Part shown: positions 9,004 to 18,314 of the stretch, piece after piece
Layout of the letters: each line of letters starts with the position of its first letter
How positions within the stretch are numbered: the stretch's first letter is position 1
DNA from: Candidatus Ozemobacteraceae bacterium
Lineage (GTDB): Bacteria; Muiribacteriota; Ozemobacteria; Ozemobacterales; Ozemobacteraceae
NCBI GenBank assembly: GCA_965140445.1
Contig: OZ223236.1
Coordinates: forward strand, 5,120,001 to 5,184,000
Direction of reading: 5' to 3'
Length of the DNA stretch: 64,000 bases
Made by a program: the position numbers and the translations under genes
The notes under the pieces: generated by a model
The model's database searches: none
What the model was told of the DNA's origin: nothing
What the model saw: the letters and a program-made list of their open reading frames with translations, nothing else

Positions 9004-10029
9004 ATGGTAGGTACAATGGACAAAATACTTGAGCACATGGATGCAATCACTGAACAGTTTCTTAAAGAAACAGCCGGAAACGTGGACGAATATCCACGAG
9101 GCGTAACCCCTCGTGAAGTTGTCTGGAACGCTGGCAACGTTTCGTTAATCAAATTTGAAAGCCCCGACACAGCAGAAGGCACACCTCTCCTGATTATACC
9201 TTCACTAATAAATCGCTGGTATATCCTGGATGTTACTGAAAAAACCAGCTATATTAAGAGGTTTTCGGAGAAGAGACCCACTTTCCTAATCGACTGGGGT
9301 TACCCAGGAGTAGAAAGCGGACATCTTCCCTTGAGTCACTTCTATCATCGCAGCATTAAAAGGGCCGTCAGGCAGATTCGCAAGATCACTGGCATAAGCA
9401 AAGTTGATTTAATGGGATATTGTATCGGTGGAACGATGGCATATGCATTCAGCTGCCTTGAACCAGATCTGGTGGACCACCTTATTCTTCTGACCGCTCC
9501 TCTTAACTTCGAAGAAACAGGAATACTTGGCAGATATGCTGACACATTCCCTGTAGATGCATTCGCAGATAGCATGGATAGCATGCCCGGTTGGCTTCTT
9601 GCATTTTCATTCAATTTTATCCAACCAATGGGCACATACCAGAAGACAAAAATGTTTAAAAGCAAGTGCGGAAGCGACAGCTTTAGAGAGCTTTTCAACG
9701 CCATGGAAAGATGGGTCGCCGATCCAGTAGATTTCCCAGCACAGGCTTATTATGAATTACTAACAGATCTATACCAGGACAACCTCCTGGCCGCAGGAAA
9801 ACTTGAAACTGCTGATGGAATTAAAGTGGACCCTGCAAAAAGAAAAGCAAAAGTACTAATTTTAAATGCAGGTAAAGATCACATTGCGCCACTGCATACA
9901 ACTGTATTACCCTCAGAGGATAGCAGTCCTTTCTCTGAAGTAACAATTCCATCTGGACACATTGGTATAACAACAGGAAGAAATGGACTCGAAGCCTGTC
10001 AAAATGTGATAGATTTTATAGCAAATTAA
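9004..10029 (+). CDS. phaC: PHA synthase catalytic subunit, class III/IV size (copy 1)
   Basis: GVTPREVVW, PLLIIPSLINRWYILD, IDWG, catalytic GYCIGG, conserved Trp (MERW), KDHIAP, SGHIG; 341 aa. Confidence 0.88.
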   Translation: MVGTMDKILEHMDAITEQFLKETAGNVDEYPRGVTPREVVWNAGNVSLIKFESPDTAEGTPLLIIPSLINRWYILDVTEKTSYIKRFSEKRPTFLIDWGYPGVESGHLPLSHFYHRSIKRAVRQIRKITGISKVDLMGYCIGGTMAYAFSCLEPDLVDHLILLTAPLNFEETGILGRYADTFPVDAFADSMDSMPGWLLAFSFNFIQPMGTYQKTKMFKSKCGSDSFRELFNAMERWVADPVDFPAQAYYELLTDLYQDNLLAAGKLETADGIKVDPAKRKAKVLILNAGKDHIAPLHTTVLPSEDSSPFSEVTIPSGHIGITTGRNGLEACQNVIDFIAN

Positions 10030-10037
10030 TAAGGAGC

Positions 10038-10427
10038 TTGAATATGTTTCCAACATTTGGTGAAGATATGATGAAAGAATGGGCACAGAATTGGGAAAAA
10101 TTGATGGGAACCCAGCTTGAAAAACTCGTACAGGACGAAAAGTTTATCAGCGAAATGGCAAAATCAATTGCAGGAACCATGACTGGAAAAGCTTTTTACA
10201 CAAAAGCAGTAGACCAACAGCTTGCAGCGATGAATCTACCTTCAAGAACAGAAGTTGTAAAAGTTTTGCAAAAAGTTACTGACGTTGAAGAAAGACTTAT
10301 CGATTTAACAGAAAAATTTGAAGATTTCACAGAAGAATTCAGAGAAGCAATTGCCAAGCACAAGCAAGCAGCAGCGGCTCCAGCTTCAACACCAGCTTCA
10401 AATAAAAAACAAAAAAATAGCAAATAA
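10038..10427 (+). CDS. Short PHA synthase partner subunit (PhaE C-terminus / Bacillus-type PhaR-like)
   Basis: QQLAAMNLPSRTEVVKVLQKVTDVEERL resembles the LNLP(T/S)RxEV coiled-coil motif of PhaE and class IV PhaR subunits; Ala/Lys-rich tail; AAGGAG RBS. Confidence 0.7.
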   Translation: MNMFPTFGEDMMKEWAQNWEKLMGTQLEKLVQDEKFISEMAKSIAGTMTGKAFYTKAVDQQLAAMNLPSRTEVVKVLQKVTDVEERLIDLTEKFEDFTEEFREAIAKHKQAAAAPASTPASNKKQKNSK

Positions 10428-10451
10428 GCTACCCTCTTCAAAAACACAAAA

Positions 10452-10472
10452 TCCCGGTGCTTTGCACCGGGA
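10452..10472. repeat. Perfect inverted repeat between the partner subunit gene and phaC2
   Basis: TCCCGGTGC-TTT-GCACCGGGA; no strong U-tract immediately after. Confidence 0.7.
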
Positions 10473-10513
10473 AACTTTAATTAGATTAGAAATAAAACAA
10501 GGAAAATAGAGTT

Positions 10514-11572
10514 GTGAAAGAAAAATTTGAGATGCCAGAAGGATACCAGGCCATGGTACAAAAATCGGCAATGAAGTGCTATACAGAAGCCGATCGAAGC
10601 AGGCTAGGCATGGAACCAACCAACAAATCAGAAGTTTTTACCCAAAGTCCGTGGAGGATTCTTAGATGCGGAAATAATTCCAATTCCAAGAAAAACCCTG
10701 TATTAATGATTCCGTCTCTTATAAACAGGAATTACATTATGGATCTTCTCCCAGGGCATTCACTTATCGAAGCCATGGTAAATGAAGGCCTGGATGTTTT
10801 TCTCGTAGACTGGGGCACACCGCACAGTGGCATGGGAGAGATCGGGTTCGACCACTACGTTGGCACATGGATTAGACGTGCTATACGTCAAGTAAAAAAG
10901 ATAACAGGCAAAAAACAAGTTCAACTATCTGGACAATGTATTGGCGGGTTGATGGCGGCTTTATACGCTGCTCATCCAGAGCTCAAAAAAGATGTTGAAA
11001 AGCTTTTTCTACTAACAACGCCTCTTGACCTTGAAGATTCTGGCTTGCTAGCCATGTGGACTTCTCAAAAAACTTTTGACATTGAGAAAATGACATCTCC
11101 TTTCCAGGGAACAGTTCCCGCAGATTTTTTTCACGCCTCATTTCCGTTATTAGACGCAAAAAAACAACTTGGAAAATACAGAAACCTTCTGGAAAATTTC
11201 AAGATCCCAGGATTCATTGAAATCTGGGAGTCTCTAGACATATGGGCTTCAGACAATGTTTGTTTTGCAAAAAAAGCATTTCTTGAGTTAATAAAGGAAT
11301 TTTATCAGGAAAACAGCTTTTTCAAAGGGAAATTCACGATTCGTGGAACTCCAGTGAAAATTGAAGATATTGATATGCCTGTCTTAAGTATTGCAGCGAA
11401 GCAAGACCATGTTTTTACAGAAAAAGCTGCCGCAGCAATACACAATTCCAAGTCCGCAAAAGAAAACAAACTTGAATACCACGTTCTTGACGCTGGTCAT
11501 GTTTCAGTAATTGCGGCCCATCCAATTAGACAGGAAAGTTACACTCTAATTAATAAATTTTTAACAAAATAA
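10514..11572 (+). CDS. phaC: PHA synthase catalytic subunit, class III/IV size (copy 2)
   Basis: PVLMIPSLINRNYIMDL, LVDWGTP, catalytic GQCIGG, LDIW, QDHVF, AGHVS; 352 aa. Confidence 0.85.
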   Translation: MKEKFEMPEGYQAMVQKSAMKCYTEADRSRLGMEPTNKSEVFTQSPWRILRCGNNSNSKKNPVLMIPSLINRNYIMDLLPGHSLIEAMVNEGLDVFLVDWGTPHSGMGEIGFDHYVGTWIRRAIRQVKKITGKKQVQLSGQCIGGLMAALYAAHPELKKDVEKLFLLTTPLDLEDSGLLAMWTSQKTFDIEKMTSPFQGTVPADFFHASFPLLDAKKQLGKYRNLLENFKIPGFIEIWESLDIWASDNVCFAKKAFLELIKEFYQENSFFKGKFTIRGTPVKIEDIDMPVLSIAAKQDHVFTEKAAAAIHNSKSAKENKLEYHVLDAGHVSVIAAHPIRQESYTLINKFLTK

Positions 11573-11590
11573 TAACAGGAGAAACACATA

Positions 11591-12769
11591 ATGAGTAATG
11601 TATATATAGTTGGCGCAGCAAGAACAGCTATCGGCGGATTAAATGGATCTTTAAAAACTATTCCAGCTCACAAACTTGGAAGCATAGCAATTAAAGAGGC
11701 TCTTGTGAGAGCAAATGTTAAGCCTGAAATGGTTGACGAAGTAATGCTTGGAAATGTTTTAATGGCTGGACAAGGCCAGGGACCAGGAAGACAAGCAGCA
11801 ATAGGCGCTGGAATTCCAGAAGATAAACCAGCCTGGGCAATCAATCAGCTTTGCGGTTCAGGTCTTAAAACTGTTGGACTTGCAGTAGACGCTATAAAAG
11901 CTGGCTCGGCAGACTGTATAGTTGCTGGCGGAATGGAAAACATGAGCCAGTCACCTCATCTAATGCATATTAGAGACGGGCAAGTTCTTGGTCACGCGAA
12001 ATTTGTTGATTCAATGCTTGTTGACGGCCTTACAGATGTTTTTTCTGGTGAGCATATGGGCATGACCGCTGAATGGCTCGCAGACGAATACAAAATTACA
12101 AGAGAAGAGCAGGACGCTTTCGCCGGCGAAAGCCAGAAAAGAGCAGCAGAAGCCTGGGAAAAAGGCGCTTTTGATGAAGAAATCGTTCCAGTTGAAATTC
12201 CACAGAGAAAAGGTGATCCAAAAATCTTCAAAAAAGATGAACATTTCAGACCTGGAACAGATGCTGCCGCCCTCTCAAAACTTAGACCTGCATTTAAAAA
12301 AGATGGAAGTGTTACAGCTGGAAACGCGTCAGGAATCAACGATGGCGCAGCAGCACTTGTAATTGCTTCAGAAGAATTTGTTACAAAGCATAATCTTAAG
12401 CCTCTAGCAAAAATCGTTTCACATGCTACAACAGCATTAAACCCAAGCAGAATGGGCGTAGGCCCAGTATCAGCGAGCAGGAAAGCTCTTGATAAAGCTG
12501 GTTGGAAGGTAGAAGACCTTGACTTAGTTGAAGCGAATGAGGCATTTGCAGTCCAATCTCTTGCAGTAGTAAAAGATCTTGGACTTGATATGAGTAAAAC
12601 CAACGTTAACGGCGGTGCAATAGCCCTTGGCCATCCAATTGGTGCATCCGGTGCCCGCATCCTGACAACGTTGCTTTACACGATGATGCGTTCTGACGCA
12701 AAAAAGGGTCTGGCCACCCTTTGCGTTGGTGGTGGAATGGGCGTTGCCCTGACTATCGAGCGCATCTGA
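11591..12769 (+). CDS. phaA: Acetyl-CoA acetyltransferase (biosynthetic thiolase)
   Basis: NQLCGSG, NEAFA, GHPIGASG and CVGGGMG thiolase motifs. Confidence 0.95.
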   Translation: MSNVYIVGAARTAIGGLNGSLKTIPAHKLGSIAIKEALVRANVKPEMVDEVMLGNVLMAGQGQGPGRQAAIGAGIPEDKPAWAINQLCGSGLKTVGLAVDAIKAGSADCIVAGGMENMSQSPHLMHIRDGQVLGHAKFVDSMLVDGLTDVFSGEHMGMTAEWLADEYKITREEQDAFAGESQKRAAEAWEKGAFDEEIVPVEIPQRKGDPKIFKKDEHFRPGTDAAALSKLRPAFKKDGSVTAGNASGINDGAAALVIASEEFVTKHNLKPLAKIVSHATTALNPSRMGVGPVSASRKALDKAGWKVEDLDLVEANEAFAVQSLAVVKDLGLDMSKTNVNGGAIALGHPIGASGARILTTLLYTMMRSDAKKGLATLCVGGGMGVALTIERI

Positions 12770-12825
12770 GACTCTATTCCTTTCCTTGCACCATGAGGGC
12801 GAATCTCGTCTAATTGGTAAGCAAC

Positions 12826-12856
12826 GCTCCGACTGTTAAAGGTCGGAGCTTTTTTT
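12826..12856 (+). terminator. Intrinsic terminator of the pha operon
   Basis: GCTCCGAC-N8-GTCGGAGC followed by T7. Confidence 0.85.
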
Positions 12857-12904
12857 ATCCCAACTATTTGCGATTAAGAATCGCCTAACTAATTAAACAA
12901 TTAG

Positions 12905-15367
12905 CTACGACTTTTTATCATCTTTTTTTTCTGCTATACGGCTCGAATTTAAAGAGCCAATAGTTTTTGCAGCTTCTTCGTCGATTGATCTGATATGCAA
13001 ATCTTGCTGAGGGAATGCAATCTCGATTTTTTCTTCCTTAAATCGCTTATCTATAGCTTTATTCAACTCATTCTTAACCTTTAAACGATTGTCCAGGTCT
13101 GCAACCCAGACCCTCAGTTCAAAATCAAGAGAACTAGCCCCAAAATCTGCAAAAAGAACCATTGGTTCAGGAGTTCTCATAACCATAGGATTTTCGCGAG
13201 CGATGTCCTGAAGAGTCTTAACTGTATTTTCAACATCAGAACCATAAGCTACGCCAACCTTCACAATCAAACGCGTCTGTCTATCTGTCATAGTCCAATT
13301 CACTACAGTAGAAGCAACAAGATCGCTGTTAGGAACAATCATCTCAGATCTGTCAAAGGTTTCAACAATAGTTGCTCTAAGCCCCAGACTCTTTATCTGG
13401 CCCCATTCACCATTCAATTGAACCACATCGCCGACTTTAATCGATCTTTCAAAAAGCAAAATCAGGCCACTGGCAAAATTGTTTACAATATTTTGCAAGC
13501 CAAATCCAATACCGATACCCAACGCACCAACAAGAACTGCAATATTTTGAAAATCAATCCCAAGAGTTGATGAAGATACAAACAACCCGGTTAAGACAAA
13601 GGCATAGTGGATAAGCCGATTAATAGAATATCCCACTCCGGTTTCCACCCTTTGTCTCGGATACACTTCTTCTTCCAGAATTCTTTGAGTAAGCCACGAA
13701 AAGAATAGAATCAACCAAAACAGGCCAATTGCAGTAGCGATAAGACCAACAGTAACCCTTTGCTCCTGAATCGTAAATCCAAGATTGATCAAACTCGACG
13801 CAGCATGAAAGGAAGAATCATAAATTTGCCAAATCGATAAAATCGTTGCAAAAGCAAAAAAACCAACCACGATGTCGATCAAATACCCCATACGAGTAAT
13901 GAGAAACTTCTCGTATTTATTTATAATTCGAAATCGATGAACAAATTTGTTTTCAAATGCTGCTTCAATCCCCCCTTTGAAAAGAAGGTTGAACATCCAG
14001 GCAAATAAAACAGCGAAAACAGACTTTACCGAAGCATCCATAAGATGATTAGCAAAACTAGCATAACCAGAGGCCTGGGTTAAAAAAATAATTAAAAATA
14101 GGCCAGACAAAAATCTTGAAACTAATAAATAAAATCCAGATGCCTTCAACTCTTTTTTTATGAGACGAGTGCGCCAAAAGCACGTTAGCATGCCAATCAA
14201 ACTCACAATAGTGACGTAAATTCTAAAGATCGGCGTTGGGATTGAGGTAATTGCTGAAAACTGGGAAAAAATATACAACCCAGCCAAAACATACAAAACT
14301 CTACGTCTCCATAAATCTTCTACAAGGCCACTTGCCAGGTTTGTTGTACTAATGGCTGCTAACGCAATCATTACGATTTGAAAAGATTTTTCCGGGGTTT
14401 CATAGAAAGGATTTAAAAACACAATTCCCATAAGTAAAGCTGCTGAAAAAGGTCTGCTGGTTACAAAGCGCCATTTTAACTCTCGCTCTTCAACAAAACT
14501 TAGATTCTTCATCCCGAGGTAAATTGAAAAAATTAGAAAAATTTGAACGAAAATCAGCCAGCCCTGATTTGAGAAAAAATCGCTTTCAGGATGAATCAGA
14601 ACCGCAAGCGCAGAACTTAACTCTGACATCAAAGAGCTATCAAACTGTGATACAAAATCCTTAGTAAAAAGCGCAGGTCGTGAACGCCTGAACATATCTT
14701 TTTTCATTTCACGAAGTAAAGCATCGATTTCCTGCAAAAGATTAGCTGAAAAGCTAATTCGCTCTGAAATCTTCTTCTGGGTTTCCACTATCGGAGCATC
14801 GATTCCAGAAAAAAGCTTCAGGGCATCCTTTATCAGCCCTCTGGACTCAGAAAAAACTTTCTTAGCACTTTCAGAATCAATTTCAATAGAAGATTGCCAG
14901 TTTTTCCAAACATCTTCTCTGGTTGTCCAAGCACTTTTTAAGCGTTCAATTTCCTCCAATCTAGCGGAAGAACTCAAAAGGAGTTTTTGTAATTCGCCAT
15001 TCAAATCTCTAACCGAGGCTCTTATTGCCGCGACCTGCTCAAATCCGTAACTATTTGTTTGCTTAATTTGCTGGAAGCGTTCTTTTAGCAGATCAAGTTG
15101 TTTAACAATCCCATCTAAAGACGTTTTAAGAGGTTCTATCTGTCTTGTTTCCAGCAATTTTTCCTGAAGCTTCTGACCAGCCTCTTTTAACTCATTTGAT
15201 TTTGGAACCAGATCTGAAATTCCAGGTAATCTAATTTCAGCACTTGCAACTACACTACTGGTAGGAAGATTTGCTACATTTGGCTCAGCAAAAAGTGGAA
15301 GAATAGTCAAAATTAGAAATAAATATAAAATCAGAAAGCGTTTCATCCATTTGCTCCAAATGGCCAT
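12905..15367 (-). CDS. Large MscS-family (MscK-like) mechanosensitive channel
   Basis: GALGIGIGFGLQNIVNNFASGLILLFERSIKVGD, IVPNS, VGVAYGSD, FGASSLDFELRVW, FPQQDLH; N-terminal periplasmic coiled coil and many TMs. Likely ATG at 15367 after GAGG (track starts at 15427). Confidence 0.92.
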   Translation of the reverse strand: MAIWSKWMKRFLILYLFLILTILPLFAEPNVANLPTSSVVASAEIRLPGISDLVPKSNELKEAGQKLQEKLLETRQIEPLKTSLDGIVKQLDLLKERFQQIKQTNSYGFEQVAAIRASVRDLNGELQKLLLSSSARLEEIERLKSAWTTREDVWKNWQSSIEIDSESAKKVFSESRGLIKDALKLFSGIDAPIVETQKKISERISFSANLLQEIDALLREMKKDMFRRSRPALFTKDFVSQFDSSLMSELSSALAVLIHPESDFFSNQGWLIFVQIFLIFSIYLGMKNLSFVEERELKWRFVTSRPFSAALLMGIVFLNPFYETPEKSFQIVMIALAAISTTNLASGLVEDLWRRRVLYVLAGLYIFSQFSAITSIPTPIFRIYVTIVSLIGMLTCFWRTRLIKKELKASGFYLLVSRFLSGLFLIIFLTQASGYASFANHLMDASVKSVFAVLFAWMFNLLFKGGIEAAFENKFVHRFRIINKYEKFLITRMGYLIDIVVGFFAFATILSIWQIYDSSFHAASSLINLGFTIQEQRVTVGLIATAIGLFWLILFFSWLTQRILEEEVYPRQRVETGVGYSINRLIHYAFVLTGLFVSSSTLGIDFQNIAVLVGALGIGIGFGLQNIVNNFASGLILLFERSIKVGDVVQLNGEWGQIKSLGLRATIVETFDRSEMIVPNSDLVASTVVNWTMTDRQTRLIVKVGVAYGSDVENTVKTLQDIARENPMVMRTPEPMVLFADFGASSLDFELRVWVADLDNRLKVKNELNKAIDKRFKEEKIEIAFPQQDLHIRSIDEEAAKTIGSLNSSRIAEKKDDKKS

Positions 15368-15554
15368 TTTACAAAACCTCATATCAAATTTAGAATAAGT
15401 CCGAGACCGACTGTAAATATTGAACAATAAAATATACTAGCACAATCATCAGACTCAAACTAAGCAAGAAAGGACTATTTCAAGAAAATTAGCGGTAATT
15501 TGTTTAAGAGTATATAATTGAAAACTAAAATGAAATTCAGGGGGACATAGAAAA

Positions 15555-16103
15555 GTGAAACCTGCTTCATGGATGAAAATTCATGCTTACATCTCAATGT
15601 TTTTTCTCCCACTTGCACTTATTTATTCAATTACAGGGGCAATGATATTACTCGGTAACAGGGGCGAAAGAGTTACTCAAAAAATTGAAATTAATTCTCC
15701 TACAAAATGGAAATCCGACATAGATTTCCAGAAAAAATTCGTCGAAGACTACTTGAAAAGTCAAAACCTTACGCTTCCAGCTGGCGAACCAAGGATTTTC
15801 AGAGGAAAGTTTTTCTGGGGATTCCCAACAAGTAATATGATCGCTATTGAAGAACAAAGCGAAAACCCAATTAAGATTGAGTTAATGAAACCGAACTGGG
15901 CATATAGATTAATTATGCTTCACAAAGGTAAAGGGGGCAGATGGTTTGATTATTTCGGAATTGCATTTGCCATTTCAATGATTCTAATTTATCTGTCAGG
16001 GATAGTTATATTCTGGAAAATTAAAGATAAGCGGAAAACAATGACAATCTGGTTAGTCCTGGGCTCAATAGCAACCGCAATATTAGTGAGCATAAGCTTA
16101 TAA
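15555..16103 (+). CDS. PepSY-associated TM helix domain protein
   Basis: KIHAYISMFFLPLALIYSITG and LIMLHKGKG conserved-His TM pattern. Confidence 0.7.
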   Translation: MKPASWMKIHAYISMFFLPLALIYSITGAMILLGNRGERVTQKIEINSPTKWKSDIDFQKKFVEDYLKSQNLTLPAGEPRIFRGKFFWGFPTSNMIAIEEQSENPIKIELMKPNWAYRLIMLHKGKGGRWFDYFGIAFAISMILIYLSGIVIFWKIKDKRKTMTIWLVLGSIATAILVSISL

Positions 16104-16957
16104 TGGAACTTGAAATATTAAAATTCCTTCAATCAATACGTTCAGAGTGGTTAAATTTTGTTTTTGAAACAATTACCACGCTGGGCGAGCAAAACTTCTA
16201 TATCTTTTTAGTCTCACTAATACTATGGTGCTATGATAAAAAAACCGGCTACAGAGTTGCTTTTATTATGCTGGTTAGCGGAGCAATAAACACTGGAATA
16301 AAAGACATCATACAAAGACCAAGACCAATTGGATCCCCTGGTTTAACTTCTATTAGAGTTCATACTGCGACGGGTTATTCATTTCCGAGTAATCATACAC
16401 AAACCGCTACCTCAGCCTATACTACACTGGCAATTAATTTTAAAAAGAAGTGGCTCTATGTTCTTTCATTTTTCGCTGTATTTTTCATTGGTATTTCAAG
16501 AAACTATCTGGCAGTCCACTGGCCAACCGATGTTGCTGCAGGCTGGATTCTAGGCATAGTAATTTCCCTTTCTGCAAATTATTTTCTCCAAAAAATCGAA
16601 GAGCAAAAAAAATACGCTCTATCCTTGTTGTTTTTTCCAATATTTTTAATTGCCCTGCCATTCTCTAAAGACGTAAGCTTTTTAAAGTTTTTTGGAACCT
16701 TTACAGGCCTGATTCTGGGTTATTTATTGGATAACTACTATTTTATGTTTCAAATTCCAGAAAAGCCCTTGCGAAAAATAGGAAGACTCCTAATTGGCCT
16801 GGCTGGAGCAGCTTTAATAATGGTAGGGTATCAATCACTAATACCTGGATACAAAGATATTCCAGGGCTGGTGTTCTTTAAATACCAGCTCCTTGGTCTA
16901 TGGCTAACCATAGGTGCGCCAATATTCTTTCAGAAAACAAACCAACCTAACGAATAG
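16103..16957 (+). CDS. PAP2 family membrane phosphatase
   Basis: KDIIQRPRP, SFPSNH and SRNYLAVHWPTD match the three PAP2 motifs. Confidence 0.9.
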   Translation: MELEILKFLQSIRSEWLNFVFETITTLGEQNFYIFLVSLILWCYDKKTGYRVAFIMLVSGAINTGIKDIIQRPRPIGSPGLTSIRVHTATGYSFPSNHTQTATSAYTTLAINFKKKWLYVLSFFAVFFIGISRNYLAVHWPTDVAAGWILGIVISLSANYFLQKIEEQKKYALSLLFFPIFLIALPFSKDVSFLKFFGTFTGLILGYLLDNYYFMFQIPEKPLRKIGRLLIGLAGAALIMVGYQSLIPGYKDIPGLVFFKYQLLGLWLTIGAPIFFQKTNQPNE

Positions 16958-16967
16958 AATCTGTGAG

Positions 16968-17010
16968 ATAGACAAGGCGCCGTCAATTTAATTGACGGCG
17001 CCTTGTCTAT
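16968..17010. terminator. Long perfect palindrome between convergent genes (probable bidirectional terminator)
   Basis: 21-bp arms ATAGACAAGGCGCCGTCAATT / AATTGACGGCGCCTTGTCTAT separated by 1 nt. Confidence 0.75.
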
Positions 17011-17021
17011 TTTAGGCAATA

Positions 17022-18314
17022 TTACTTAACCGCTCCGTGCTTTGTGCAGTTTATAATTCCATCCTTTGATAGATCTCCTATGCTTTTATAGGAACCATTT
17101 TGAGGACACTCTGGTAGTTTGAGAATGTATTTTTCCTTAACGAGCAACTCAAGATTCTTTTCATTGAGTTCGGTCATTTTACCTTCATTATCCATATTAT
17201 ACATTTCAACCGCTCCCATCAATACGCGTTGATTAGCAAAACAGGCTTTTTGTTGAGCTTTTCCTCGAGCTTTATTAAAATTTGGAATTGCAATAGCCGC
17301 AACAACTCCAACAGCACCCAGAGTGGCTGGAGATAAAATTGTCCCGGCAAATGAAGGAACTTTTGTTTTCAAAGTAACCAGATTTTCAAGCGTTACAACA
17401 CTAGTGGCATCCAAAGACTTCTTTGCCATTAAAGCAGAACTTTTAGTTAGCAAGAAAGAAAAAGCTTTGGGCAACCATCCGGGTCCATTTCCAGGCTTGG
17501 TGGCAGACTTCAGACTATTCTCCACATAAAGTCTGTAACCAGCAATCTGACCTTCAATAAAAGTCTTTAAATTCTTTGCAGTTTCTCCATCAGCACAATT
17601 AAAGCTTAAAGCAAAATCATCTTTTTCCATCTCAACCTGTGCGGTATTAAACATCGCCAGCATACCAGCAACCATTTTTGCGCCCTTGCTTCCAGATTTT
17701 TCAATCGTCGCTTTAAGTTTTCCTGTATCCAGCCATGCATAAAAAGAAGTTTTGCCTGTAGCCTTTGCAACCGCCAGAGGTGCATCTGAAAAGCTCAATT
17801 CACCTTTTGAAGCCCAATCAATGTCCTTTTTTGAGCCAAAAACAACGGTTCTATTGTTGTAAAAATAGAAACAAAATTTCTTATTCTTTTTTTTACCTTC
17901 AATACCAACAATCTTAAAATCACCTTGACTAGATACATCAACCTTAAGTTTTGCTGCAGGCGGAATAACGCTTGCTAAGGCTTCTACCTCAGAAATTATT
18001 TTTGCAGGTTCAAATTTCCCGGTAAGATACCCTAAAACCCTAAAGCTGCCAGATTTGTCACTAAATCCAAGAAAACCAAAATCCCTTAGGTCTTTCCTTG
18101 GTCGCATTCCAGAGTTTTCATAAACAATCTGCTCAAATTCTTCGACAACGGCTTTGGTTTCCTCGATAGCCTCTATTTTTGAGTAAAAACCATCAACGAG
18201 GTTATCTGCCTTACCGTTTACTATAAAAACAGAATCCTTAACCCATGGTATCTGAGCACCAACAGCCGAACCAAATAAACAAAGAACAAAAATCAAAAAA
18301 TAAGTTCTTTTCAT
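17022..18314 (-). CDS. Exported protein with C-terminal type IV pilin/pseudopilin-like module
   Basis: ATG at 18314 after GGGAGG; signal peptide MKRTYFLIFVLCLFGSAVGA; C-terminus VVAAIAIPNFNKARGKAQQKACFANQRVLMGAVEMYNMD...CP...CTKHG. Confidence 0.7.
   Translation of the reverse strand: MKRTYFLIFVLCLFGSAVGAQIPWVKDSVFIVNGKADNLVDGFYSKIEAIEETKAVVEEFEQIVYENSGMRPRKDLRDFGFLGFSDKSGSFRVLGYLTGKFEPAKIISEVEALASVIPPAAKLKVDVSSQGDFKIVGIEGKKKNKKFCFYFYNNRTVVFGSKKDIDWASKGELSFSDAPLAVAKATGKTSFYAWLDTGKLKATIEKSGSKGAKMVAGMLAMFNTAQVEMEKDDFALSFNCADGETAKNLKTFIEGQIAGYRLYVENSLKSATKPGNGPGWLPKAFSFLLTKSSALMAKKSLDATSVVTLENLVTLKTKVPSFAGTILSPATLGAVGVVAAIAIPNFNKARGKAQQKACFANQRVLMGAVEMYNMDNEGKMTELNEKNLELLVKEKYILKLPECPQNGSYKSIGDLSKDGIINCTKHGAVK

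Noticed and set aside
11992..12660. 222-aa antisense ORF within phaA, and similar antisense ORFs within phaB, glmL and the kinases
   Set aside because: Shadow ORFs of well-conserved genes, with no RBS or recognisable motifs.
12795..12850. tRNA-Asn-like fragments after phaA (TCGTCTAATTGGTAAG and CTGTTAA)
   Set aside because: No T-arm (GTTCRA), acceptor stem or CCA; the CTGTTAA lies in the loop of the terminator hairpin.
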